From an uncultured Chloroflexia bacterium (GTDB taxonomy: Bacteria > Chloroflexota > Limnocylindria > Limnocylindrales > CSP1-4): a DNA stretch of 64,000 nt. Positions 9,686 to 21,732 of the stretch are shown piece by piece (positions within the stretch are counted from its first letter, which is position 1; every line of letters starts with the position of its first letter). Under the pieces are notes generated by a model. The model was given only the letters and a program-made list of their open reading frames with translations. It was not told where the DNA came from and made no database searches. Both the position numbers and the translations under genes were made by a program. Location of the stretch: contig CAVSAP010000001.1 of assembly GCA_963726055.1 (NCBI GenBank), positions 259,980 through 323,979 on the forward strand, written 5' to 3'.

Positions 9686-10822
9686 TCAGGAGGACGGCAG
9701 GTCGCGCTCCTCGGGACCGATGTAGCGGACGTCCGGCCGGATGAGGCGGTTGTCGGCCGACTGCTCCAGGACGTGCGCGGTCCAGCCCGCATGGCGGGCC
9801 AGCGAGAACGCGGCCGGGAACAGGTCGGGTGTCAGGCCGACGCCCATGAGGACCGGGGCCGCGTAGTACTCGACATTCGTCTTGAGAGCCCGCTCCGGGT
9901 GACGCTCAGCCAGGATCCGTAACGCGACATCCTCCACCTGGATCGCGAGCGCGAGCCAGTCCGGCTTGTGCTCCATCTCCTCGGCGACCTTCCGGAGCGC
10001 CGCCGCCCGCGGGTCGTACGCCCGGTAGACACGATGGCCGAAGCCCATCAGCCGCTCGCCGCGATCGAGCGCGGCGTTCATCCAGGCCTCGGCACGCTCA
10101 ACGGATCCAACCTCGGCCAGCTGGTCAACGACTTCCGACGGTGCTCCCCCGTGAAGGGGCCCCTTCATCGTCCCGATCGCGCCAGTGACTGCCGACGCGA
10201 TATCGGAGCGGGTCGAGGTGATGACCCGCGCGGTGAAGGTCGACGCGTTGAAGCCGTGCTCAGCGCCGACGATGAAGTAGGCGTCGAGCGCGCGCGCGGT
10301 ACCCGCATCCGGACGGCTGCCCGTCAACTGGTAGAGGAAGCCTTCGACGAGGTCGAGCGACGGGTCCGGATCGATCGGGTCCAGGCCCTGGCGCAGTCGG
10401 GCGAATGCCGCCAGCGCTGACGGCGAGAACGAGGTGAGTACCCGGGCCTGATCGACGGTCGGCGGCCACGGCAGGTCGTGCGACGCGCCCCAGGCGGATA
10501 CGGCAGTCCGCAGCGCGTCCATCGGCTTCGTCGAGTTCGGCAGGGCCTTGAGGACGTCGAGGACCGAATCGGGAAGCGGCCCGGTCGGCAGCCGGTGGTC
10601 CGGGGACCAGTCGCCGGTCCAGAGGAGGTTCGCGACGGCCGGGTATGTCCCGCGCTCGACGAGATCGCCGATCCGATAGCCGCGGTAGATCAGCCGACCT
10701 CGTTCGCCGTCCACCTTGCTCAAGGCCGTCTCGCCGGCGAGCACACCCGCTAGTCCCGGCGAGTAGGGCCGCTCGTCGGCGGGCGCCTCGGTTTTCGGGG
10801 TCGTCGTCCGCGTGTCGGTCAT
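9686..10822 (-). CDS. gltA: Citrate synthase (about 380 aa type)
   Basis: ORF 9686..10822. GFGHRVYRAYDPRA and the overall citrate synthase pattern support the call. Confidence 0.9.
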   Translation of the reverse strand: MTDTRTTTPKTEAPADERPYSPGLAGVLAGETALSKVDGERGRLIYRGYRIGDLVERGTYPAVANLLWTGDWSPDHRLPTGPLPDSVLDVLKALPNSTKPMDALRTAVSAWGASHDLPWPPTVDQARVLTSFSPSALAAFARLRQGLDPIDPDPSLDLVEGFLYQLTGSRPDAGTARALDAYFIVGAEHGFNASTFTARVITSTRSDIASAVTGAIGTMKGPLHGGAPSEVVDQLAEVGSVERAEAWMNAALDRGERLMGFGHRVYRAYDPRAAALRKVAEEMEHKPDWLALAIQVEDVALRILAERHPERALKTNVEYYAAPVLMGVGLTPDLFPAAFSLARHAGWTAHVLEQSADNRLIRPDVRYIGPEERDLPSS

Positions 10823-10861
10823 GCCGTGATGGTAGCCCGGCGGGTTCGGACGCGCTGCGGC

Positions 10862-11113
10862 TCAGTCCCGTGGGCTGATCGCCTCGAGGATGACCCGGAC
10901 CACGATCGAGCCGAGCACCGCTACCACGACGGCTGCGAGGAAGCCCTGCACCTGGCTGAACCCCAACTGTCCGGCCAGCCAGCCGCCGAGAACCGCGCCG
11001 AGGATGCCGACGACGACGTTCGGCAGGCAGCCGCGGGCGGTCCGGCCGCCGACGACCGCAGCCGACAGCGCACCACCGAGGAATCCGATGATGATCCAGT
11101 AGAGGAGGTCCAT
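10862..11113 (-). CDS. GlsB/YeaQ/YmgE family (transglycosylase-associated) small membrane protein
   Basis: ORF 10862..11176 trimmed to ATG at 11113: MDLLYWIIIGFLGGALSAAVVGGRTARGCLPNVVVGILGAVLGGWLAGQLG. Confidence 0.8.
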   Translation of the reverse strand: MDLLYWIIIGFLGGALSAAVVGGRTARGCLPNVVVGILGAVLGGWLAGQLGFSQVQGFLAAVVVAVLGSIVVRVILEAISPRD

Positions 11114-11117
11114 CGCC

Positions 11118-11954
11118 TCAGTCTGGCACGTCCGTAGGCTCGAGAAAGGACCTGATGGCGGCCACAAACGCATCAACGTGGGTGTGGTGGGCCGCGTGCC
11201 GCGCTCCCTCGATCACCTCGACCCGCCCGTCGGGCAGCCGCTCGTCGAGGGCCTCGGTAGCCTCGCGGAACGGCGCCGCGCTGTCGCCGCCGAGCAGCTG
11301 GAGAACGGGCACCTCGACGCCGCCGAGTGCCTCGAGCGATGCGGCCGGCGAAGCCTCGCCCTCGAGCTCGCGCAGCGTCGTCCCGACCGCGGCCGCCCGG
11401 ACCGGCCAGATCGGGTCGGCCCGAAACGCCTCGAGGTCGGCCGGGGGCATTCGAACGATCTCGCGCATGAATGTCGCCAGCGCGGCGTCCCGATCGTCGG
11501 CGGCAATGAGCTCGGCGATCCGACGCTCGACGCCGGACGGACGGTAGCCATGGCCGCCGGCGGCGTCCGGAGGGCTCGGTGCGCCCTCGTAGACGACGAG
11601 CCGGCCGATGCTCGATGTCAGCAGCGCGGCCCCGAGCGCGCAGCGTCCGCCGTAGGAGTGGCCGACGATGTCCACGGGGCCGCCGGCCTCATCAGCCGCG
11701 GCGTCGGCGACCGCGGCCAGGTCCTCGTACTCCCGCTCGATCGAGTAGGTCGGGCCGTCGCCCGATGACCCGCGGCCGCGTCGGTCGACCGCATGCAGCC
11801 GGAAGCCGCGCTCGAGCAGCGGCCCGGCGGTGCGCCATGTCGTGTGGTCGGCCGTCGCACCGTGAACCAGGATGAGCGGAGGTCCCTGGCCCGAGGAGAA
11901 CACCGCGATCGGCGTGCCGTCGCGCGAAGCCACGCTCCGCTGCGCGATCGTCAC
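11118..11954 (-). CDS. Alpha/beta hydrolase
   Basis: C-terminal 278 aa of composite ORF 11118..13181. GTG at 11954 overlaps the GNAT stop (GTGA). Motifs LILVHGATADHTTW and nucleophile elbow GHSYGG. Confidence 0.8.
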   Translation of the reverse strand: MTIAQRSVASRDGTPIAVFSSGQGPPLILVHGATADHTTWRTAGPLLERGFRLHAVDRRGRGSSGDGPTYSIEREYEDLAAVADAAADEAGGPVDIVGHSYGGRCALGAALLTSSIGRLVVYEGAPSPPDAAGGHGYRPSGVERRIAELIAADDRDAALATFMREIVRMPPADLEAFRADPIWPVRAAAVGTTLRELEGEASPAASLEALGGVEVPVLQLLGGDSAAPFREATEALDERLPDGRVEVIEGARHAAHHTHVDAFVAAIRSFLEPTDVPD

Positions 11955-12421
11955 GGCCGCCACTCGTAGCGCACGTCCGGCTGGCGTTCCTCGTTGTCGG
12001 AGCCGTCGCCGAGGGCCGCAACGACGAAGCCGCGGTGCTCGTAGAACCGGCGGGCGCGGTCGTTGACCTGGAACGTGTACAGCTTGAGGCCGCCCGGCCG
12101 CCGCGACTTCGCGAGCTCGACGAGCTGGCTGCCGATCCCTCGGCGATGCCACGCGGGCTCGACGTAGAGCTGGTCGATTCCCTCGCCGTCCAGGACCATC
12201 ATTGCGACGACCCGTCCGTCGTCCTCGGCGACCCAGGTCTCCTGTTGGGGTACGACCACGTGGGCCAGCCAGTCGCGGACCTGCTCGTCGGTGTGGGCGA
12301 GCGGGAAGTCGTAGGTCGAGGTGAACGAGGCGAGGTAGACGTCGGCCACAGCCCCAGCGTCGGCGGGCACCGCCCGCCTGATCGCGGTTCGGTCCGGCCG
12401 CGAGGTCGCCGGTTCCGTCAC
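11951..12421 (-). CDS. GNAT family N-acetyltransferase
   Basis: ORF 11951..12421. The acetyl-CoA motif is QLYVEPAWHRRGIGSQLVELAK. The start overlaps the pgl stop. Confidence 0.85.
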   Translation of the reverse strand: MTEPATSRPDRTAIRRAVPADAGAVADVYLASFTSTYDFPLAHTDEQVRDWLAHVVVPQQETWVAEDDGRVVAMMVLDGEGIDQLYVEPAWHRRGIGSQLVELAKSRRPGGLKLYTFQVNDRARRFYEHRGFVVAALGDGSDNEERQPDVRYEWRP

Positions 12422-13266
12422 CGATCGATCGCGGACGCCGCCGCTTCGTCGAGGATCCAGGTCGCGCCCGCGCGGCGCGCCAGCTGGGCCGGCCAGCGCC
12501 GATCGTCACGCACCGGCCCAAGAACCTCCGCGAGGATCGCCGCCTTCGCCGCACCGTGTGAGACGACGATGATCCTGCGCGCGACGTCGAGGACACGCGG
12601 GTTGAGGGTGACCCGGGCGACGTGCGGTTCGATATGCGTCGGTGCCGGCACCGCCAGCGCGGTGTCGTCCTTGTCGAACGTCTCGGATCCAGGGAAGACT
12701 GACAGGACGTGACCGTCCGCTCCGATACCGAGGAGGATGAGATCGAAGACGGGCCATCGGCCCTCGACGGGCGGTCCATCGTCGCGGAGCATCTCCGCGT
12801 ACCGCTGCGCGGCCCAGATCGGTCCGACCCCGTGAGCGATTGCCTTGCCGGTCGGAATGGGGTGGACGTTCTCGGCGTGGATCGGGGCCCCAGCCGTGCG
12901 CCGACCGCCCACGTCGGCCCCGGATGCCCCGGTCCCGGACTCGCCGCTGAGCGCACCAATCTCGAGCAGGTCGGCGAGCGCGACCTTGGCGTTCGACAGC
13001 GGATGATCCAGGGGGACGAATCGGTCGTCGCCCCACCACAGCTGGACGAGCTCCCACGGGACGCGATCGCGCAGCGGCGGGACGGCGAGGTTGCGGTAGA
13101 TCGCCGCCGGCGTCGAGCCGCCGGTCGTCGCCCAGTGCGCGACGTCGCGGTCGCGCGCCGCATCGACAAGCGTCGAGGCAATGATGTCCGCGGCGGTTTG
13201 CGCGCACGCCTCCGGATCGGGCCGGATCGCGATCTCCGGTTCGCTCGTGGCGTGCCGGACGGTCAT
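12418..13266 (-). CDS. pgl: 6-phosphogluconolactonase
   Basis: ORF 12418..13266. Motifs ATTGGSTPAAIY, WWGDDRFVPLDHPLSN and ILLGIGADGHVLSVFPGS. It sits downstream of opcA. Confidence 0.9.
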   Translation of the reverse strand: MTVRHATSEPEIAIRPDPEACAQTAADIIASTLVDAARDRDVAHWATTGGSTPAAIYRNLAVPPLRDRVPWELVQLWWGDDRFVPLDHPLSNAKVALADLLEIGALSGESGTGASGADVGGRRTAGAPIHAENVHPIPTGKAIAHGVGPIWAAQRYAEMLRDDGPPVEGRWPVFDLILLGIGADGHVLSVFPGSETFDKDDTALAVPAPTHIEPHVARVTLNPRVLDVARRIIVVSHGAAKAAILAEVLGPVRDDRRWPAQLARRAGATWILDEAAASAIDR

Positions 13267-14503
13267 GGCATTGGTCCTCCGGCCAGCTCCGCGGCCATCC
13301 GCGTGGCGCCGACGGCGACGGGATCCCGCCCGCCGGCTTCAATCGCCTCCGCCAGGAGGTCGACGTCCGTCCGGCGCGGCGCGTTGAAGCCGCGCTCGAG
13401 GCAGTGGACGCCGTCCTGCCAGACCCGGGCGTGAACGGCCTCCTGCTCCGCGGTGACGTCGGCACGGAGCTCGGAACCGCGGTAGTCGGCGCGGAGCTCG
13501 ATCCGGAGCGTCGTGCCCGGCGGCATCTCCGAGAGGACTGGTCGGATGACGACCGCGACCTCCGTCCGGTCGAGCCGGAGCGTCGCACCGAGGCCGCCCC
13601 CGGCGGTCGGCAACGGAGCGGCTCCACCAGCCCGCGCAGCCGCCCGCTTGACAGGGTTGACGATCGGGGCGAGCGGTCGCTCGACCCGCATCCCCAGGCG
13701 CGACGCGAGCCACGCCGCGTGGTAGACGGGCTTGACGATGTTGGCCGTCTCGGCGCCGCCTTCCTCGCGGATCCCGTATGTCACGCTGATTCGGCGGAGG
13801 TGGCGCAGGTACGGCAGGAAATCCGGGATGTCGAAGATCGAGGCGATCGCCTCTCGCCAGCGGGACTGCCTGATCAGGGCGAAGTCCGAGATGGCAATCG
13901 GCTGGCGTTCCTGGAGTGTCGCCAGGTGGCGGATCTGGGAGAGGCCCGTCCCGTGCCACGTGGACCCGTCGATGACGAGCCGGTTGCACATCGCGAACAC
14001 GTCGTTCGCGGGCTCCGTGCCGAATGGCGGTTCGTCGGGCCACCAGAGCGTGACCGGCAGGTCGTGGATGAGGAGTGGCGCGACGATCGCATCGAGATGG
14101 CGGCCGGACTCGCCGCCACACACCAGGTAGATCGTTTCGGCGCAGGTTGCCGAGGCGTCGTCGCGCGGCAGCACGCAATGGGCCTGGATGTTCGCGTCGA
14201 GCCAGGACGGGCCATCGGGATCGGCCGGCGAGACGATGAGGGTCCGGGACGGATGGCGTCCGGTCAGGTCCTCGATCACCGCCGCGCAGCGCTCACCGAC
14301 CTCCGGTCGGCGGGCGACGACGACGAGGTTCATCACGCTGGTTCGAGCCGCGACGTGACGGTCCACGTGGTCCTCGCCGTCGGCGGGCCGGTGGACGTTC
14401 GGCTGGGCCCAGATCCTGGCCAGCTCCTGCTCGATCCCGTCGATGCTCGTCGCACGGGCTCGCCAGCGGAGCTCCTGGTCAGGGGCGCTGGGGGTGCCGC
14501 CCA

Positions 14504-14519
<16 letters not shown>
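13263..14519 (-). CDS. opcA: Glucose-6-phosphate dehydrogenase assembly protein OpcA
   Basis: ORF 13263..14519. It sits between zwf and pgl with overlapping codons, and its size and sequence pattern are typical of OpcA. Confidence 0.8.
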
Positions 14520-16236
<1,717 letters not shown>

Positions 16237-16240
<4 letters not shown>

Positions 16241-17136
16241 TCGGTCTTGACCTCGTGGCCGCCAAACTCGTTGCGGAGCGCGGCGAGGACCTTTGCGCCG
16301 TATGAGTCCTCCTGGCGCGACCGGAAGCGGGTCAGGAGCGACAGCGTGATGACGGGCGCGGGCACGTCGTGGTCGATCGCCTCCTGGACGGTCCAGCGGC
16401 CCTCGCCAGAGTCGGCGACGTATCCCTTGAGGTGCTCGAGGTCCGGGCCATTCGCCTTGAACGCCCGCGCGGCCAGCTCGAGCAGCCACGACCGGACCAC
16501 CGAGCCCTGCATCCAGAGGTCTGCGATCGCGGCGAGGTCCAGGGTGTAGTCGGACGCGTGCATGATCTCGAAGCCCTCGGCGTAGGCCTGCATCAGGCCG
16601 TACTCGATGCCGTTGTGGACCATCTTCACGTAGTGCCCCGCACCCGGGCCGCCGACATGCAGGTAGCCGCCGTCGGGGGCCAGCGAGCGGAAGATCGGTT
16701 CGAGCGGCTCCACGGCCTCGCGGTCGCCGCCGACCATCAGGCAGTACCCGACCTGAAGTCCCCAGATGCCGCCGCTCGTCCCGGCGTCGACATAGCCGAT
16801 CTTCTTCGCGGCGAGCTCGACGTGGCGGCGCTGGTCGTCGTGGAAGTTCGTGTTTCCTCCGTCGACGATCGTGTCGCCCGGCTCGAGGTGCTCGAGCAGC
16901 TCTGCGATCTGGGCTTCCGTCGCATCGCCGGCCGGCACCATGACCCAGACCGCGCGCGGCGCCGTCAGCTTCGAGACGAGCTCCTCGATCGTGAACGCGG
17001 CGATCGCGCCTTCACCGGCGATCTCCTTCGTCTTCTCCGGCGTCCGGTTGTACGCCACGACCTCATGACCGTCGCGGAGAAGGCGCCGGACCATGTTGGC
17101 GCCCATCCGGCCCAGTCCGACGAACCCGATCTGCAT
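16237..17136 (-). CDS. gnd: 6-phosphogluconate dehydrogenase, decarboxylating (short about 300-aa form)
   Basis: ORF 16237..17136. N-terminus MQIGFVGLGRMGANMVRRLLRDGHEVVAYNR. SD GGGAGG lies upstream. Confidence 0.9.
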
Positions 17137-17221
17137 TCCCGGACCTCCCTGTCAGGCGTGGTCGTGGTCTGACCTATTCGTGTTCGTCAACCGGTCGTAC
17201 GTCGCAGCGCGCTGCAATTCG

Positions 17222-19045
17222 TCAGCCGGGCGTCAAGGCCTCGGCGAGGGCGGCCTCGAGGGTTGCCAGGTCTGACTCCGGGTCGGCCAGGTGAACGCGG
17301 ACGATCGGCAGATCGTGCGCCTCGATCGCCTCGAAGTCACCCTGGGCCTGGGCGTCGATGAGCTCACCGAACGTGTATGGCCAACCGGGGATCGGGCGAT
17401 CGACCGGATGGTCGGACGTCAGCTGGAGGAACCAGCCGATCGGTGCCCCGCCCTTGTGGAGCTGGCCGGTGGAATGAAGGAAGCGCGGACCGTAGCCGGC
17501 GGTGGTCGCGCAGCCGGTCCGCTCGCGGAGAAGGACCCGGATCCGGGCAATCGCGTCGTCGCGGGCTGCCGTCGGCGCGATGAACGCCTGGATCGCGAGA
17601 TAGGCGTTGGGCCGCCGTCGGGCGAGATGACGGCGCAGCTCGCCGGCGAGCGTCTGGTCGCCATCCGCGCTGAGACGGAGCGGTGCGTCGCCGTAGATGG
17701 CAACCCCACCGGACGTCGCGATTGGCGTCGATACGGCGGCATCCGTCGCCCGGCGGTCCCGTCCGTCGTCGTGCCCGGCAAGGAGGTCACGTGTCCGGTT
17801 CTTCGCCTCCTCGACGTTCGGTTGGTCGAACGGGTCGATGCCGAGGACGGCGCCCGCGATAGCCGTCGTGACCTCCCAGCGGAAGGCCTCCCCCGCGAGA
17901 TCGATCGGGTCGGCAAGGTCGATCCGGATGATCGGGTGACCGGCCGCTTCGAGGGCATCCGTCAGCCGATCGGCGTCGTCGACAGCATCCCCGGCGGCAC
18001 CACTCAGGCGGATTCGCACGATGATCCGATCGTCGCCGTAGGCCGCCGGCTCGCCGAGCGGCTCGCCATCGACCGGCACGATCCCGACGCCGCGCTTGCC
18101 GGTGCTCTCGGCGATGAGCTGCTCGGCCCAGGCCCCGAACGCTGCGATCTCCGGATCGGCGAAGAAGGTCAGCTTGTCGCGGCCCTCTTTGGCGAGTGCT
18201 CCGAGAGCGAGGCCGAGGCTGACTCCCGGGTTTGACGTCGGCTCCGGTTCGCGACAGGCGGCCCGCATCGCAAGACCGGCTGCCAGCAGCGCGTCGAGGT
18301 CCAGCCCGATCAGCGATGCAGGCACGAGCCCGACATAGGTCAGCGCCGAGTACCGGCCACCGATGTCCGGCGGGTTGAGGAAGAGTTCGCGGAGTTCGTC
18401 GTGGTGAGGGATGGCCTCGACGCTCTTGCCTGGATCCGTGATCGCGATCATGAGCTCGCCCGCGTGCTCGTAGATTGGGGCGTGGCGGGCCCGGAGCGCC
18501 TTCTCGATCCGCTCCCAGGCGTCGGCCTGGAAGGCGAGTGGCTCCGTGGTCGTCCCGGACTTGCTGGCGACGATGAACAGCGTCGCGAGCGGTTCCAGGT
18601 CGTCGACGACCGCCGCAACGGCGGCCGGGTCGGTGGAGTCGAGGACGCGCAGTCCGAGCCAGCCCTCGGCGGAACCGAAGGTCCGGGCAAGAATGTCCGG
18701 CGCGAGGCTGCTGCCACCCATCCCGGCGACGATCGCCGTCGTGAACCCCGCGTCGCGGATGCCCTCGCCGAATCCCTCCAGCGCCGGGATCTGCTCGGTG
18801 AAGTGGTCAGGCGCAGCCAGCCAGCCGAGGCGCTCGGCGATGCCTGCCTGGACGCGCGTGTCGTTCGACCACAGGCTCGTGTCGAGGGCGTTCAGCCGCT
18901 CTACCCAGGTCTCGTCGCGCGCCCGTTCGACAGCCGCCAGGTAGGCAGCCTCGTATCGGCCCAGGGCGAAGCGGGTGGTGGCCACTGGCGCGCCGACGGA
19001 ATCTGGCATCGCGGCAATGGTAGTCCGTTCGCGTCCGCCAGCCAC
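17222..19045 (-). CDS. pgi: Glucose-6-phosphate isomerase (long actinobacterial/bifunctional-type PGI domain)
   Basis: ORF 17222..19045. SIS/PGI motifs VAGMGGSSLAPD, FIVASKSGTTTEP and GGRYSALT. An alternative start is ATG 19009. Confidence 0.8.
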   Translation of the reverse strand: MAGGRERTTIAAMPDSVGAPVATTRFALGRYEAAYLAAVERARDETWVERLNALDTSLWSNDTRVQAGIAERLGWLAAPDHFTEQIPALEGFGEGIRDAGFTTAIVAGMGGSSLAPDILARTFGSAEGWLGLRVLDSTDPAAVAAVVDDLEPLATLFIVASKSGTTTEPLAFQADAWERIEKALRARHAPIYEHAGELMIAITDPGKSVEAIPHHDELRELFLNPPDIGGRYSALTYVGLVPASLIGLDLDALLAAGLAMRAACREPEPTSNPGVSLGLALGALAKEGRDKLTFFADPEIAAFGAWAEQLIAESTGKRGVGIVPVDGEPLGEPAAYGDDRIIVRIRLSGAAGDAVDDADRLTDALEAAGHPIIRIDLADPIDLAGEAFRWEVTTAIAGAVLGIDPFDQPNVEEAKNRTRDLLAGHDDGRDRRATDAAVSTPIATSGGVAIYGDAPLRLSADGDQTLAGELRRHLARRRPNAYLAIQAFIAPTAARDDAIARIRVLLRERTGCATTAGYGPRFLHSTGQLHKGGAPIGWFLQLTSDHPVDRPIPGWPYTFGELIDAQAQGDFEAIEAHDLPIVRVHLADPESDLATLEAALAEALTPG

Positions 19046-19057
19046 GGACTTCGGCAG

Positions 19058-19513
19058 TCAGCCGGCGGTTTCCATCGCGTTAACTTTGTCGAGCCGGCGC
19101 CGGTGGCGCGCCTCGCCGCTGAAGGTCGCCGCGAGGAACGCGACGCTGCATTCGTAGGCGGGCTCCGGACCGATCACCCGGGCACCGAGCGTCAGGACGT
19201 TCATGTCGTCGTGCTCGACCCCCTGGTGGGCCGAGTAGGTGTCGTGACAGACGGCGGAGCGGATGCCGCGCATCTTGTTGGCGGCGACGCTCGCCCCGAC
19301 GCCGGAGCCGCAGATGAGGATGCCGCGGTCCGCCCGACCCTCGCGAATCGCGAGTCCGAGCCGCTGGGCGAAGTCCGGGTAGTCATCGTTCGGATCCGAG
19401 CCGTCGCCGCCGAGGTCGATCAGCTCGTGGCCGAGCCCGGCGGCATCGAGACGGCTGACGAGCTCGTCCTTGAGCGCCGCGCCGGCGTGGTCCGCGGCGA
19501 ACGCGACCCGCAT
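19058..19513 (-). CDS. rpiB: Ribose-5-phosphate isomerase B
   Basis: Last 151 codons of ORF 19058..21667: [19 protein letters not shown]...[51 protein letters not shown]. Its ATG (19513) is in frame with tkt, with no intervening stop. Confidence 0.85.
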   Translation of the reverse strand: MRVAFAADHAGAALKDELVSRLDAAGLGHELIDLGGDGSDPNDDYPDFAQRLGLAIREGRADRGILICGSGVGASVAANKMRGIRSAVCHDTYSAHQGVEHDDMNVLTLGARVIGPEPAYECSVAFLAATFSGEARHRRRLDKVNAMETAG

Positions 19514-21667
19514 CAGCTGTGGCCCGGGTCGCTGCCCGATGAGCGATCGACGCCCGGCGTCCCCGCCGGACGAGCGTCGGATGGCCGCCGCGCGGCGCGG
19601 GCAGGTGGCCCGGCTCGAGTGTCGGGATGGGGCCGCGCGCCTTGCCCGCGAGCACGTCACGGGCAACCCGGCGACGCGATCGATCGTGAAGCCGAACTTC
19701 TCGAAGATCGTTCCGGCCGGTGCCGACGCCCCGAAGTGATCGAGTCCGACGATCGCGCCCTCGTCGCCGACCCAGCGCTCCCAGCCGAGCGACACGCCCG
19801 CCTCGACCGACACGCGCTTCCGCACGCCCGGGGGCAGCACGCTGTCGCGGTACGCGTCGTCCTGCCGCTCGAATAGCTCCCAGCACGGCAGCGAGACGAC
19901 CCGGCTGGGCACGCCGTCCTTCTCGAGTGCCTCGGCGGCGCCGAAGGCGAGCTGCAGCTCAGACCCGGTCCCGATGAGGATCAACTGGACCGCGCCCGCC
20001 CCGCCCGACGCCTCGCGGAGGATGTAGCCACCCCGACGAACGCCGTCGCGCGCTCGCTCCGCCGTTCCCGCCAGCGTCGGCAGCTTCTGGCGAGTCAGCG
20101 ACAGGCCGACCGGCCCCGACGGAGATTCGGCGCCACGCTCGACCGCGACGGCCCAGGCAGCGCTCGCCTCGTTCGCGTCGCCCGGTCGGATGAACCACAG
20201 GTTCGGGATGGCCCGGAGCGCCGCGTAGTGCTCGACGGGCTGATGAGTCGGGCCGTCCTCGCCGAGCCCGACGGAGTCGTGGGTCCAGACGTAGATGACG
20301 TGGAGCCCGCTCAGGGCCGCGAGACGGACCGACCCGCGCATGTAGTCGCTGAACGTGAGGAATGTTCCCGCGTACGGGATGAACCCGCCGTGGTACGCGA
20401 TCCCGTTTGCGATCCCGCCCATCGCGTGCTCGCGGACGCCGAACCGGAGGTTGCGCCCCGGCTCGTCCGCCTCGAACGAGCCTTCGCCCTTGACGTCGGT
20501 GAGGTTGGACTCCGACAGGTCGGCAGCACCGCCGAACAGACGTGGCAGCGGTTTCGAAAGGGCCTGGATGACGTCCTGGCTCGCGTTGCGGGTGGCGACC
20601 TCGACGCCGTCCGCGTACGTCGGCAGCCCGGCGTCCCAGCCGTTGGGGAGGTGCCCATCGATGACTCGCCGTCGGAACGCGGCCGCCACGTCGGGGTGGT
20701 CGTCGGCGTACGCCTCGAATGCCCGATCCCAGGCCTCCACCAAGGCGTTGCCGGTCGGGATCGCGCCGCGGAAGAGCTCGAGGGCCTCGGGCGGTTCGTA
20801 GAAGTCGCGATCGGGATCCCAGCCGTAGTTCTCCTTGACGAGCCGGACCTCGTCGGCCCCGAGTGGCTGGCCGTGAGCCTTCTGGGTGTCCTGGCGGTTC
20901 GGGCTGCCGTAGCCGATGTGGGTCCGGATCGCGATCAGCGACGGTCGCGGATCGGCCCGAGCGGCTTCGATCGCGCTCGCGATCGCCTCGATGTCGTTGC
21001 CGTCCTCGACGCGCTGGGTGTGCCACGGATAGGCGGCGAACCGGGCGACCACGTCCTCCGACCAGGCCATCGACGTCGGCCCGTCCAGCTGGATCCCGTT
21101 GTCGTCGTAGAGCGCGATCAGCTTGCCCAGCCGGAGGTGGCCGGCGAGGGATGCCGCCTCGGACGCGATGCCCTCCTGGAGGTCGCCGTCGGAGCAGAGC
21201 GTGTAGGTCCAGTGATCGATGATCGTGTGGCCGGGCCGGTTGAACTCGAAGGCGAGGCGGCGCTCGGCGATTGCCATCCCGACGGCGTTGGCGAAGCCCT
21301 GGCCGAGGGGTCCGGTCGACGCCTCCACGCCCGGCGTCAGGCCGTATTCCGGATGCCCGGGCGTCTTCGAACCCCATTGACGGAACGCCTTCAGGTCGTC
21401 GAGCGACACGCCGTATCCGGTCAGGTGGAGGAGCGAGTAGAGAAGCATTGACGCGTGCCCGGCGGACAGGACGAACCGGTCGCGGTCCGGCCAGTCGGGG
21501 CGCGTCGGCGCGTGTCGAAGGAAGCGGGTCCACAGCGTGTACGCCATCGGTGCAGCGCCCATCGGCGCTCCCGGGTGCCCCGAGTTCGCCTTCTGGACGC
21601 CGTCGATCGCCAGCGTCCGGATCGTGTCGATCGCGAGCTGGTCGAGGGACTTCGCGGCAACGGTCAT
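19514..21667 (-). CDS. tkt: Transketolase; as assembled it has no stop and reads through an Arg-rich 52-codon linker into rpiB
   Basis: ORF 19058..21667. N-terminus [46 protein letters not shown]. Recognisable homology ends at ...[15 protein letters not shown] (about 19670). Confidence 0.85.
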
Positions 21668-21732
21668 GGTGAGACGACTCCGCTCCGGGGGTTGCGACTG
21701 GCGAGTCTCCGAAAGTATAGGGTCGCGGGCTG

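Noticed and set aside
11118-13181. Very long composite ORFs suggesting giant or fused proteins: 11118..13181, 37122..38885, 38243..39685, 38989..41472, 47482..49707, 46736..47905 and 14504..16489.
   Set aside because: Only the C-terminal portions match protein families. The N-terminal extensions are out-of-frame read-through of the upstream genes. The real starts coincide with GTGA/ATGA overlaps at the upstream stop codons.
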